A stretch of DNA of 64,000 nucleotides, taken from NCBI GenBank assembly GCA_963663235.2, contig CAXXNO010000004.1, positions 224,001-288,000 of the forward strand. Direction: 5' to 3'. Positions within the stretch are counted from its first letter, which is position 1, and each line of letters starts with the position of its first letter. This document shows, piece by piece, positions 53,732 through 63,029 of the stretch. The notes under the pieces are model-generated. The model saw only the letters and a list, made by a program, of their open reading frames with translations. It searched no databases and was not told the DNA's origin. A program made the translations under genes and the position numbers. The stretch is from Dehalococcoidia bacterium. GTDB lineage: Bacteria; Chloroflexota; Dehalococcoidia; Bin125.

Positions 53732-54749
53732 TCGAGTTGGGCGTTCGCTCGGGGCGGTTGTAGCCCTTGATCTCGCGGACCTCCTGCTCAAGGTCGGCGA
53801 TCTGGCGACGGCGCAGCTTTTCCTGGAAGGCGCTGAAGCGCTGCGCCTCGGCGATGGCGAGGTCGCGCACCTCCTGAACCAAGTTCCGCAGATCCGAGAG
53901 CGCACGATCCTGCTGGTCGGTCTTGCCGCGACTGCGCTCGATCATCCGCTCGAGGTCCTCGAGGCGGCTGGTGAGCGCGGTGTGGTCGCGGGCGACGCCG
54001 CTGGACCGCTCGGCGGTCGCTTCCGTGGTGATGCGAATCGCCTCGAGCCGCTCGCGAGCGACTTCGAATTCGCTGCGCAGATCCTCGACCCCCAAGGGGC
54101 CTTCCAGGACGCGCCCGAGTTGTTCCTCCGCGATCCCCAGCCGTTCGCCGAAGTCGCCGGCGGCGCGCTGGACAATGTCCATGTCCTCGGCCCAGGACTC
54201 GGCTGTCGCTTGGCCGCGCCGCTGGGCTTCTCCCGTGGCGGCCAGGCGCGAGTCCAAAGCCGCAAGCGTGATGTCGATCTGATCGAGGCGCTGGGACTGG
54301 AGGCTGAGGTCGTTGCGAAGGTGGCGTCCGGAATCATCGAGGCTGCCGAGTTTGTCGTGGACGCCGCTGGCCACGCGCTCGGCGGACTCCGTCTGGCGGA
54401 GGACGCGTCCGCGATCATCGCGGTCTCCCTGCATCTCCGCCCGCAGCTGGCGGGCGAGGTGCTCCGTCTGCTCCTGGTCCTGCGCCACCAAGGACTGCAC
54501 GCGGTCCACGCGCTCGCGCAGCCCCCGGACTTCGCCGGAGATGCCGACGAGCGCGTCCATCTGGGAAGCGAGGTTGTTCGCCCCGCTCTCCGAGCGCTGG
54601 AAGCGCTCGACGAGGTCCCACAGCTGGTCGTGGTCGTGTCGCAGTTGTTCGGACTGCTTGGCAATGTCCAGCTTGAGCTGGTGCATCTCGCCTTCCATCC
54701 ACTCCAGCATGGCCTGGGCGGTTTCCGGCGGGTCAGATGACGCGGTCAC
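53724..54749 (-). CDS. Long coiled-coil protein of unknown function
   Basis: 341-aa E/R/Q/L-rich heptad pattern with few Pro; overlaps both hom and thrC. Confidence 0.75.
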   Translation of the reverse strand: MTASSDPPETAQAMLEWMEGEMHQLKLDIAKQSEQLRHDHDQLWDLVERFQRSESGANNLASQMDALVGISGEVRGLRERVDRVQSLVAQDQEQTEHLARQLRAEMQGDRDDRGRVLRQTESAERVASGVHDKLGSLDDSGRHLRNDLSLQSQRLDQIDITLAALDSRLAATGEAQRRGQATAESWAEDMDIVQRAAGDFGERLGIAEEQLGRVLEGPLGVEDLRSEFEVARERLEAIRITTEATAERSSGVARDHTALTSRLEDLERMIERSRGKTDQQDRALSDLRNLVQEVRDLAIAEAQRFSAFQEKLRRRQIADLEQEVREIKGYNRPERTPNSNA

Positions 54750-56062
54750 GGCCGGGGGCTCTCCATGCGAATGCGGATGCCGATCTCCAGCAGTGCGTCG
54801 AGAGCCGTGGCCTGCTGGAGGAAGCGATCCATATCCGCTTCCTGGGCGGCGTGCGTGGTGATCACGATCTCGGCCGTACCGGCGACAGGGTCGGCCTCCA
54901 TCTGGAGGAGGGAGGCGATGCTGATGTGGTTCTCCGCAAAGGCTCGCCCGATCTCCGCCAGCACGCCAGGCCGGTCCCGGACCAGGGTACGGAGATAATA
55001 CCCCATCCGCAGGGCGCCCATCGGTTGGATGCAGGGCGTGGGATCGGAGGGACGCTGCGGGCGGGGCCGCTGCCCGGCGGCGATGCCGTAGACGACATCG
55101 AGGAGGTCGGCGACGACGGCGCTGGTCGTCGGCCCGGCGCCGGCGCCGGGCCCTTCAAAGAGGGCGCGTCCCAGCAGATCGCCCTCGACCGCGACGGCGT
55201 TGAGCACGCCATCAACCTTGGCCAGCGGATCCTCCAGCGGGATGAGTGTGGGATGCACCCGCACTTCCAGGGCGCCGTCCGTGCGCCGCGCCGTGGCGAT
55301 GAGGCGAATCGCATAGCCCAGGCGGCGCGCGTATTCGAAATCCTTGGGCGTCAAGCGGGTGATGCCCTCGCGGTAGACATGGTCCGGATGGACGGTGGTG
55401 TGAAAGGCCAGGCTGGCGAGGATGGCCAGTTTGTAGGCGGCGTCGATCCCTTCGACATCGTTGGTGGGGTCGGCTTCGGCGTAGCCGCGGCGCTGGGCTT
55501 CGGCGAGGGCGGCCTCGTAGGAGAGGCCGTCACGGGCGATGGCGGTGAGGATGAAGTTGGTGGTGCCGTTGATGATGGCATGGATGGCGCGGATCTCGTT
55601 CGCCTGGAGGTCCCGCTTGAGCGGCGCGATGATGGGGATGCCGCCGCCCACGCTGGCCTCGTAGAGCAATTCGACATGGTGCTGGTGGGCGAGCGCGAGG
55701 AGCGCGGGGCCGTCTGTCGCCATCACCTCTTTGTTCGCGGTCACCACGTGCTTGCCGGCATTCAGAGCGGCGCGGATGCAGCCGCGCGCGGGCTCCAGCC
55801 CCCCCATCACCTCCACCACCACATCAACGCGCGGATCGGTGGCCACGGCCAGAGGGTCGGTTGTGAGCAGGGCGGGGTCGAGCGCGAGCGGGCGGGGGCG
55901 GGCGGGATTGCGCACGGCGACGCGGCGGACCTCAATAGGCCGGCCACTGCGCTGCGCGTAGTAGTGGGCCTGCGCCTGCAACGCGCCGAAGACGCTAGCG
56001 CCCACGACGCCGAGTCCCAACAGGCCGACGCCAACCGGGGCTGCCGCGGGGGACTCCGCCAT
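54746..56062 (-). CDS. hom: Homoserine dehydrogenase (with ACT domain)
   Basis: GLGVVG, VVTANK, YEASVGGGIP, NGTTNFIL and DRPGVLA. Confidence 0.97.
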   Translation of the reverse strand: MAESPAAAPVGVGLLGLGVVGASVFGALQAQAHYYAQRSGRPIEVRRVAVRNPARPRPLALDPALLTTDPLAVATDPRVDVVVEVMGGLEPARGCIRAALNAGKHVVTANKEVMATDGPALLALAHQHHVELLYEASVGGGIPIIAPLKRDLQANEIRAIHAIINGTTNFILTAIARDGLSYEAALAEAQRRGYAEADPTNDVEGIDAAYKLAILASLAFHTTVHPDHVYREGITRLTPKDFEYARRLGYAIRLIATARRTDGALEVRVHPTLIPLEDPLAKVDGVLNAVAVEGDLLGRALFEGPGAGAGPTTSAVVADLLDVVYGIAAGQRPRPQRPSDPTPCIQPMGALRMGYYLRTLVRDRPGVLAEIGRAFAENHISIASLLQMEADPVAGTAEIVITTHAAQEADMDRFLQQATALDALLEIGIRIRMESPRP

Positions 56063-56065
56063 GGG

Positions 56066-57181
56066 CTACACCGCGGCGTCCGGCGGCCGGGTATCCGGCG
56101 CGGGAGCGTCCGCCTCATCACTGTCCGCCTCGTCACTGTCCGCCTCGTCACTGTCCGGAGGGGGCGCGTCCGGCTCGGGGCCGGCGGCGGGGGCCTCGGC
56201 CGGCGCGGCGCTCTCCTCTGCGACGGGCTCCTCTGTCCCGGCGGCCTCGGACGGCAGCGGTTCCGGCGGAGCGGGCGGCGGGGTCGGGGTCTCCGGCTCA
56301 GCTGCCTCCGGCGGGGCAGCCTCCGCGGACGGGACTTCCGCTGCCGGAGCTTCGGGTGTCGGGGCTTCGGGCACGGCCGCCTCGGCAGCGGCGGGAGATT
56401 CGGGGGTCGGAGCTTCGGGCACGGCCGCCTCGGCAGCGGCGGGAGATTCGGGGGTCGGAGCTTCGGGCACGGCCGCCTCGGCACCGGCGGGAGCTTCAGG
56501 TGTCGGGGCTTCGGGCGGCGTGGCTGCCAGCCCCGCTTCGCGGGCCGCCGTCTCTTCGGCGGTAGCCGGGGGCGGCACGCGGGCGGGCCGCGTCTGCGCT
56601 CGGTAGTGAGACGCGAGGCGCATGTGCTCCGCGGTGTATGGCAGGAGCGCCACATGCCGCGCGCGCTTGATGGCTATCGTGAGGCGGCGCTGATCCTTGG
56701 CCGTCAGACCGGTCTTGCGCCGCGGCTCGATCTTGCCGCGCTCCGAGATGAGCCGCCGCAGCTTCTCGATGTCTTTGTACGTGATGTGCTGGACTTCGTC
56801 CGGGGTATATACCGGCGCGCGGCGGCCGTAGCGGCGTCGGGGGCCGCCGCCACGCGGTCGCGGGCCTGAGGACCGGTCGTCCGCGTCTGAGCGCCGGTCG
56901 TCCGAGCGCCGGTCGTCCGAGCGTCGGTCGTCCGAGCGCCGATCGTCCGAGCGCCGATCGTCCGAGCGCCGGTCGTCCGAGGGCGGGGAGCGGGGCGGGG
57001 CCGAAGGCACCGGAACCGGCGCCGCGGGTGCGGAAACCGCCGGGGCGGGTTCCGCCGGCGCCGCGGGTGCAGGTTCCGCCGGCGCCGCGGGTGCGGAAAC
57101 CGCCGGGGCGGGTTCCGCCGGCGCCGCGGCGGCGGGCGCGGCCGATGGGGACGAGTCTTCGCCCTCGGTCTCGGTGGGCAT
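56066..57181 (-). CDS. rpsR: 30S ribosomal protein S18 (no Zn motif) with very long N- and C-terminal extensions
   Basis: Core [41 protein letters not shown] in rpsF-ssb-rpsR order; 371 aa. Confidence 0.93.
   Translation of the reverse strand: MPTETEGEDSSPSAAPAAAAPAEPAPAVSAPAAPAEPAPAAPAEPAPAVSAPAAPVPVPSAPPRSPPSDDRRSDDRRSDDRRSDDRRSDDRRSDDRRSDADDRSSGPRPRGGGPRRRYGRRAPVYTPDEVQHITYKDIEKLRRLISERGKIEPRRKTGLTAKDQRRLTIAIKRARHVALLPYTAEHMRLASHYRAQTRPARVPPPATAEETAAREAGLAATPPEAPTPEAPAGAEAAVPEAPTPESPAAAEAAVPEAPTPESPAAAEAAVPEAPTPEAPAAEVPSAEAAPPEAAEPETPTPPPAPPEPLPSEAAGTEEPVAEESAAPAEAPAAGPEPDAPPPDSDEADSDEADSDEADAPAPDTRPPDAAV
56350..56515. repeat. About three 48-nt repeats encoding [16 protein letters not shown]
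   Basis: Read directly. Confidence 0.8.
56891..56980. repeat. Six 15-nt repeats encoding (SDDRR)6
   Basis: GCGCCGGTCGTCCGA unit with synonymous variants. Confidence 0.93.
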
Positions 57182-57224
57182 AGTCGGCTACTCCTTTGGA
57201 ATCCTTCGCGGAGAAGGATGCCCT

Positions 57225-57662
57225 TTATTCGAAGGGCAGGTCGTCGGGGCTGACCTGGCCAGCGTCGGCGCTAGGTGGTGGGCCAGCGTCGGCACCAGGC
57301 GGGCCGGTGTCGGTGAAGGGCGCGCCTTGGGCGCTGTCGAGGAACTGCACGTCCTGCGCGACCACCTCGGTGGTGTACCGTCGCTGGCCGTCCTGATCAT
57401 CCCACTGCCGGGTCTGCAAGCGCCCTTCGACGTAGACGCGCCGGCCCTTGGTGAGGTACTGACTGACGATCTCCCCGAGTTTGCCCCAGGCGACGACCCG
57501 GAACCACTCGGTTTCTTCGCGTCGCTCGCCGTCTTGGGTGGAGTAGTTGCGGTTCACCGCGACGCGCAGGTTGGTGACCGCGGTCCCGTTGGCCGTGTAG
57601 CGCATTTCGGGGTCGGCGCCCAGATTTCCGATGATCATCACTTTGTTGAGGCCCGCCGCCAT
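57225..57662 (-). CDS. ssb: Single-stranded DNA-binding protein
   Basis: LNKVMIIGNLGADPE, VYVEGRLQTR and DDLPFE tail. Confidence 0.98.
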   Translation of the reverse strand: MAAGLNKVMIIGNLGADPEMRYTANGTAVTNLRVAVNRNYSTQDGERREETEWFRVVAWGKLGEIVSQYLTKGRRVYVEGRLQTRQWDDQDGQRRYTTEVVAQDVQFLDSAQGAPFTDTGPPGADAGPPPSADAGQVSPDDLPFE

Positions 57663-57677
57663 TGGAACCCCCCGTCG

Positions 57678-57971
57678 CTATTTGTCTCGACGCAGCAACA
57701 GGTACCGGAGCACCGACTCATCGATGCTCAGTGCCTGTTCCACTTCGCGATTGCCATCGCCACCCGCCGCGCTGAACTGGGCGATGACGTAGTCGGCCTC
57801 GAAGTGCTGCTTAATCGGATAGGCGAGCCGCCGTCGCCCCCAGTGGATCAGATCGGTGATCGAGCCACCGTGGCCGGCGATCAGATCTCGCAGCTTCTCC
57901 ATCTTCTGGGGGAGTTGCTCCTCCCCGCCCTCGGGGTTGAGCACCACCATCAACTCATAGTCGTACGCCAC
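57678..57971 (-). CDS. rpsF: 30S ribosomal protein S6
   Basis: YELMVVLNP and WGRRRLAYPI; GGAGG before GTG 57971. Confidence 0.96.
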   Translation of the reverse strand: MAYDYELMVVLNPEGGEEQLPQKMEKLRDLIAGHGGSITDLIHWGRRRLAYPIKQHFEADYVIAQFSAAGGDGNREVEQALSIDESVLRYLLLRRDK

Positions 57972-58086
57972 ACCGACCTCCCGACAGCGCAAACACCGCG
58001 CCACGCGCCCGCCTTCGAGCGGCATCAGTATAGAGCAGGGACCGCCTCTGCTTCTGTTCGCCATGAGCACCAGAGAACGCTGCGTC

Positions 58087-59349
58087 TCAGGGAGAGATGC
58101 CGGGGACGGGAAAAGCACGGACCATCTCGGCGACCTCCGCCCGCACCGTCGTCTGCACGGCTGCGTCATCGACATCGGCCAGCACACGGCCGATCAAGCG
58201 GGCGATCCGGCGCATCTCGTCCGGGCCCATTCCGCGGGTCGAGAGCGCGGCCGTGCCGACGCGGATGCCGCTGGCGACGGTGGGTTTGCGCGTGTCAAAG
58301 GGGATGGTGTTCTTGTTGACGGTGATGCCGGCGCTGCCCAGCGCCTCTTCGACGGCCTTGCCCGTGAGGTCGAGGACGCCCACGTCCACCAGCAGCAGGT
58401 GATTGTCGCTGCCGCCGGAGACGAGGCGCAGGCCGGCGGCCCGCAACCCCTCCGTCAGGACCTGCGTGTTTTCGATGATGGCGGCCGCGTAGCGGCGGAA
58501 GTCGTCCGTGGCGGCCTCTTTGAACGCCACCGCCTTGGCGGCGATGGTGTGCATGTGCGGCCCGCCCGAGGTTCCGGGAAAGACGGCGCGATCGATCGCG
58601 GTCGCGTGTTCGGCGTCGCAGAGGATGAAGGCGGAGCGCGGGCCGCGCAGCGTCTTGTGGGTGGTGGAGGTAATGACGGGCGCCAAGCCGACCGGCGACG
58701 GATGCAGCCCGGCCGCCACCAGCCCGGCGACGTGCGCCATATCCACCACAAGCGTCGCGCCCACGCTCTCGGCGATCTCCGCGCTGCGGGCAAAGTCATA
58801 GCGGCGCGGGTAGGCGGTGGCGCCCACGACGATCACCTTGGGGCGGTGCGTGCGCGCCAGTTCCGCCATGGCATCGTAGTCGATGAGCTCCGTCTCGCGG
58901 TCCACGCCGTAGGAGACGAAGTTGAACCATCGGCCGGAAAGGTTGACGCGCAGGCCGTGCGTCAGGTGACCGCCGTGGCTGAGCTCCATGCCCAGGGCGG
59001 TGTCGCCGGGTTCCATGAGCGCGTAGTAGGCGGCGAGGTTGGCCTGCGCGCCGGAGTGGGGCTGGACGTTGGCGTGCTCGGCGGCGAACAGCGCTTTGGC
59101 GCGGTCGATCGCCAGCGTCTCCACCTCATCGACGTGCTCGCAGCCGCCGTAATAGCGCTTGCCCGGATAGCCCTCCGCGTACTTGTTGGTGAGGATCGAG
59201 CCCATGGCGGCCAAGACGGCCGGGCTGGTGTAGTTCTCCGAGGCGATCATCTCCAGCGTGTCGCGCTGGCGGGTGGCCTCGCGCCCCAGGGCGGCGGCGA
59301 TATCGGGGTCGGCGGCGGCCAGGACGTCGACCGTTCCGGTCTGAACCAT
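58087..59349 (-). CDS. glyA: Serine hydroxymethyltransferase
   Basis: [20 protein letters not shown] and [10 protein letters not shown]. Confidence 0.98.
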   Translation of the reverse strand: MVQTGTVDVLAAADPDIAAALGREATRQRDTLEMIASENYTSPAVLAAMGSILTNKYAEGYPGKRYYGGCEHVDEVETLAIDRAKALFAAEHANVQPHSGAQANLAAYYALMEPGDTALGMELSHGGHLTHGLRVNLSGRWFNFVSYGVDRETELIDYDAMAELARTHRPKVIVVGATAYPRRYDFARSAEIAESVGATLVVDMAHVAGLVAAGLHPSPVGLAPVITSTTHKTLRGPRSAFILCDAEHATAIDRAVFPGTSGGPHMHTIAAKAVAFKEAATDDFRRYAAAIIENTQVLTEGLRAAGLRLVSGGSDNHLLLVDVGVLDLTGKAVEEALGSAGITVNKNTIPFDTRKPTVASGIRVGTAALSTRGMGPDEMRRIARLIGRVLADVDDAAVQTTVRAEVAEMVRAFPVPGISP

Positions 59350-59451
59350 TCCCACACACTTTCGAGAGACGGCGTGGCGGCAGGGCCAGTCTAGGAGCGC
59401 GCCGGAGAGCCGGTCAAACGAACGCGCCTTCGAGCCGGCGAGCGCTCCGCG

Positions 59452-60135
59452 TCAGTCATCGCGGGCCAGGGCCCAGGCGTGGACCGACTCCGCGCCGGCC
59501 GCGCGCAGCGCTTGCGCGCAGGCGTCGAGCGTTGCGCCGGAGGTGGTGACGTCATCGACGACGAGGATGCGACGCCCGTGGACACGGGAGCGCTCGGCGG
59601 TGAATGCGCCGCGCACGTTCCGCCGTCTCGCTTCCAGATCCGGCTGGCGCGCCTGCGGCGGCGCCGCGCGGGTGCGGCGCAGCGCGCGCGAGTCGACGGG
59701 GACGCCGATCCGATCGCCAAGGCGCGTGGCGAAGAGGTGGGCTTGGTTGAAGCCGCGGACCCGACGGCGGCGGCCGGCCATGGGGACGGGGACGACGCGG
59801 TCAAGCGCGTCCGGGAGTGAGCGGAGGTCCACCGCGGCGACGAGCGGCCCCACGGCCGCCGTCGCGCCCTGGTACTTGACGGCGTGCACCGCATCACGCA
59901 CGCGTCCCTCAAAGACGTACGCCGCGCGCAGGCTGTCGAACGCGGGGAGGGAGGTGGCGCAGTGGGCGCAATCGGAAGCGCCACGGGGGCTCCAGCAACG
60001 CGCGCAGCGGTCGCCGGCGGCGGGGAGGAAGTTGTTGATACAGCCATCGCAGAGCTGGGCGCCCGTCCGGTCGCAGGCGACGCAACGGGGCGGGAAGAGG
60101 AGATCCAGGAGGCCGTTCCACGCCTGCCTGGCCAT
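59452..60135 (-). CDS. comF: ComF family protein (Zn ribbon plus PRT domain)
   Basis: LFPPRCVAC, RGFNQA and VDDVTTSGATL; start uncertain (60135 or 60168). Confidence 0.9.
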   Translation of the reverse strand: MARQAWNGLLDLLFPPRCVACDRTGAQLCDGCINNFLPAAGDRCARCWSPRGASDCAHCATSLPAFDSLRAAYVFEGRVRDAVHAVKYQGATAAVGPLVAAVDLRSLPDALDRVVPVPMAGRRRRVRGFNQAHLFATRLGDRIGVPVDSRALRRTRAAPPQARQPDLEARRRNVRGAFTAERSRVHGRRILVVDDVTTSGATLDACAQALRAAGAESVHAWALARDD

Positions 60136-60227
60136 CGGCGGCGACGGGATCGGGTACGCCTTCGGCACGACCGGCCCCCTCGCGCGCCAGCGGTTCGCCC
60201 CGGACGGAGAGAAGATACACTGCCCGC

Positions 60228-60953
60228 ATGGAGATCACGGTGCGGCTCTTCGCCAGTCTGGCCGAGACGGCCGGGGCGCGGGAGGTGCGGCTTCCCGACA
60301 TCCCACGATCGGCGACGGTTGGGGACCTGGCAGAAGCCGTGTTCGGGCGCTACCCGGCGCTCAGCGAGCTGCGTGAGTCGGTGATCTACGCCGTGAACAG
60401 CGAGTACGTGCGGCCCGATCATCCGGTGCGCGCGGGGGACGAGGTCGCGCTGATCCCGCCCGTCAGCGGCGGCGCGTCAGGCCGTGACGCCGATGCGCTC
60501 TACCGGATCAGCGCAGAGCCGCTGGACATCCAAGCGCTGCACGACCTGGTCCGAGCCGACAGCAGCGGCGCGGTCTCGCTGTTCGTGGGCGTCGTGCGCG
60601 CGAGCAACCAGGGCCGGGACGTGGCCTACTTGGAATACGACGCCTACCCGGCGATGGGGACGAAGATCATGGCGCAGATCGGCGACGAGGTGCGGGCGCG
60701 CTGGCCCATCACAGCGATCGCGATGCACCACCGGATCGGGCGGCTGGAGATCGGCGAGGCGAGCGTGGCGATCGCGGTGGCGGCGGCGCACCGGGCCGAA
60801 GCGATCGCCGGCTGCCACTACGCCATCGACCGGCTGAAGGCGATGGTTCCGATCTGGAAGAAAGAGGTCTGGACGGACGGCGCGCACTGGATCGAGGGAA
60901 GCCTGACGCCGCGCGACGAGGCGGCGCCGAGCCCGGAGCCCGCCCAGTCCTGA
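60228..60953 (+). CDS. Fused molybdopterin synthase MoaD-MoaE
   Basis: VRLFA...VALIPPVSGG followed by LEYDAY, HRIGRL and VPIWKKE. Confidence 0.93.
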   Translation: MEITVRLFASLAETAGAREVRLPDIPRSATVGDLAEAVFGRYPALSELRESVIYAVNSEYVRPDHPVRAGDEVALIPPVSGGASGRDADALYRISAEPLDIQALHDLVRADSSGAVSLFVGVVRASNQGRDVAYLEYDAYPAMGTKIMAQIGDEVRARWPITAIAMHHRIGRLEIGEASVAIAVAAAHRAEAIAGCHYAIDRLKAMVPIWKKEVWTDGAHWIEGSLTPRDEAAPSPEPAQS

Positions 60954-60970
60954 GCAACCGACCTGCGCTG

Positions 60971-62377
60971 TTATCTGCGGCGCCGGCTCCAAGAGTTGCC
61001 GCGAGCATCGTCCTGCGTTCGGTCGTGCCGCGGCAGTTCCCCCGCACGAAAGTCCGGCGTGTCTAGCTTGGCGACGCTGCCGATGGTCACGTCGATCATG
61101 CGGGAGAGGATCCGGTCCGGGATGGCGTCCCGATCCGTCAGGTCGACGTTGGTGGTGATCACGGTGGGCAGCACGTTGATGTAGCGGTAGGAGAAGATCT
61201 GGTAGAGCTTCTCCTCCGCCCAAGGCGTGGTGCTGTGCGCGCCCAGGTCGTCCAGGATCAGCAGCCCAGCGGTACGGACCGCGTCGAAGAGATCGTCGTA
61301 GCCCTCCGGGTTGGCCGGGTTGTAGGAGGCGCGGAGGTGATCCAGCAGGTCCGGGACCACGGCGAAGTAGACGTTGTCGCCGGCGGCCAACCGTTCATGG
61401 GCGATGGCGGCGGCGAGGTGCGTCTTTCCCCGGCCGGTGTTTCCCCAGAGCGTGAGCCAGCCGGTCCCCTGACGCGCGAAGCTTTGGGCCATGGAGAGGG
61501 CGTGCCGAATGCTTTCGCTCTCCTTGGGCGTCAAGCCGCCGCGTCCCTGCGGGCGAAAGGTCTCGAAGCGGTGCGCCTGCAGCCGTTCGCGGGTCATGCC
61601 GCCGATCTGGGAGTACGCGTCGCGCGGTCCGGCATCGAGGCACTGCTGCCGCAGGCCCGGGCGGGGGGCGAGACGTCCGGCCAGCCACTGGGGCAGTTCC
61701 TGAGGGGCGCAGGTGGTGACCACCACCGTGGGGAGCGCGGCGTTGGCGCGATGGTTCAGGAGTTGGAAGAGTTTCTCGCGCGTCCAATCGGTCGGGTTGA
61801 CCGCGTCGAGGTCGTCCAGCAGCAGGAAGGGCGCGCCGCGCACCTTGTCAAAGAGATGCGGGAAGGCGATCTCGGCATCGGCGCTGTAGGCGGCGCGGAG
61901 GTGATCGAGCAGGTCCGGGACCGAGAAGTACAGGGCCGGCAGCCCCGCCTGCAAGCGCCGCTGATTCGCCATCGCCGCCGCCAGGGAGGTCTTGCCGCTC
62001 CCCGTCTTGCCCCAGAGGTGGAGCCAGCCGTCCGGCTCATCGACGAACGCCCGGGCGACGCGGAGCGCCTCCGCGAACGCCGGCGAGCGGTCCACGTCCA
62101 GCGCATCGAAGGTCACCTGCAACAAGGGCCCGAGGTTGCTGTAGCGCTGAAGCCGCGCCTGCTGCTCGTCGCGGGCCTCGTTTTCCGCGCAGCGGCAGGG
62201 GAGGGCGCGGCCGAAATCCGGATGCCCGGGCGGGCGGGCGCGGCGGACGAAGCCGGCGTCGGCGCACTCCGGGCAGGCGGGCTCCGCAGGCGCAGGCGCC
62301 GACGGGGCCTCAGCCCCCGAAGAGGTGGCCGTATTCTGAATCGCGCCAGCGGCCAGAATGTCGCCCAAGCGCCTCAT
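60971..62377 (-). CDS. DnaC/IstB-like helicase loader with two tandem AAA+ domains
   Basis: CPEC..CRC; Walker A GKTGSGKT and GNTGRGKT; Walker B LLDDL and ILDDL. Confidence 0.88.
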   Translation of the reverse strand: MRRLGDILAAGAIQNTATSSGAEAPSAPAPAEPACPECADAGFVRRARPPGHPDFGRALPCRCAENEARDEQQARLQRYSNLGPLLQVTFDALDVDRSPAFAEALRVARAFVDEPDGWLHLWGKTGSGKTSLAAAMANQRRLQAGLPALYFSVPDLLDHLRAAYSADAEIAFPHLFDKVRGAPFLLLDDLDAVNPTDWTREKLFQLLNHRANAALPTVVVTTCAPQELPQWLAGRLAPRPGLRQQCLDAGPRDAYSQIGGMTRERLQAHRFETFRPQGRGGLTPKESESIRHALSMAQSFARQGTGWLTLWGNTGRGKTHLAAAIAHERLAAGDNVYFAVVPDLLDHLRASYNPANPEGYDDLFDAVRTAGLLILDDLGAHSTTPWAEEKLYQIFSYRYINVLPTVITTNVDLTDRDAIPDRILSRMIDVTIGSVAKLDTPDFRAGELPRHDRTQDDARGNSWSRRRR

Positions 62378-63029
62378 CGTCCCGTCCTTCTTCCTGCCAG
62401 CGCTCGAGAATGCGGCGGATGTAGCGCCAGCTCCGCTTGTTCAGCTCCGCCGCCTCGCCGAAGGCATCTTCGATCCAGGTCCATTGATAAAGTCCCTCCG
62501 CCTCGGCCAGGTCCTCGGCGATCTGGGGGGTGATCGGCCCGACCGTCTGCTCGTAAAGCACGAAGATGGAGCGCGGCGGCCGCGGGGCAGGCTGGTGCAC
62601 GGTCAGCGCCGGCCCGAGCGAGAGCTCGCCACGTCGCACCCGCTCCACGGTGCGGCGGTCGGCGGCGCTGTTGATGGTGAGCAGAGGCCGCGGGCCGCGG
62701 TCGCCGGTGGCGTCGACGAGCAGCAGCGTGCCGCGGCGGACGGCGGCGTCGAGGCCGCGCTGGAAGGCCGCGCCGACCTCGTCGTCGGGGAGCATGCGGG
62801 CCAGCGCGTCGACGAGCGGGCGCTCGGCGCGCAGCGCGGCGACATCGAGCAGGCGGGGGAAGCGGCGGAGCCGCTGCACGGTGACGATGGTGTAGAGCGT
62901 GACCAGCAGCTCGGCGGGGTCATCCATCGCCGGGATCAGGCTCCCGAACAGCGCGGCCGGAACCGGCAGCGTCTTGGCGGCGGCGGGAAAGCCGGCGAAC
63001 GGGAGCGGGTCAGTCGTTGGGGAAGGCAT
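62310..63029 (-). CDS. DnaD-domain replication protein
   Basis: IFVLYEQTVGPITP..WIEDAF.EA..NKRSWRYIRRILERW. Confidence 0.88.
   Translation of the reverse strand: MPSPTTDPLPFAGFPAAAKTLPVPAALFGSLIPAMDDPAELLVTLYTIVTVQRLRRFPRLLDVAALRAERPLVDALARMLPDDEVGAAFQRGLDAAVRRGTLLLVDATGDRGPRPLLTINSAADRRTVERVRRGELSLGPALTVHQPAPRPPRSIFVLYEQTVGPITPQIAEDLAEAEGLYQWTWIEDAFGEAAELNKRSWRYIRRILERWQEEGRDDEALGRHSGRWRDSEYGHLFGG

Noticed and set aside
34143-56980. Tandem repeats as CRISPR arrays
   Set aside because: No unique spacers and no cas genes; unit lengths are multiples of 3 inside coding tails.
60971-62377. IS21 IstB helper
   Set aside because: No IstA or terminal inverted repeats; coupled to dnaB and the DnaD-domain gene.
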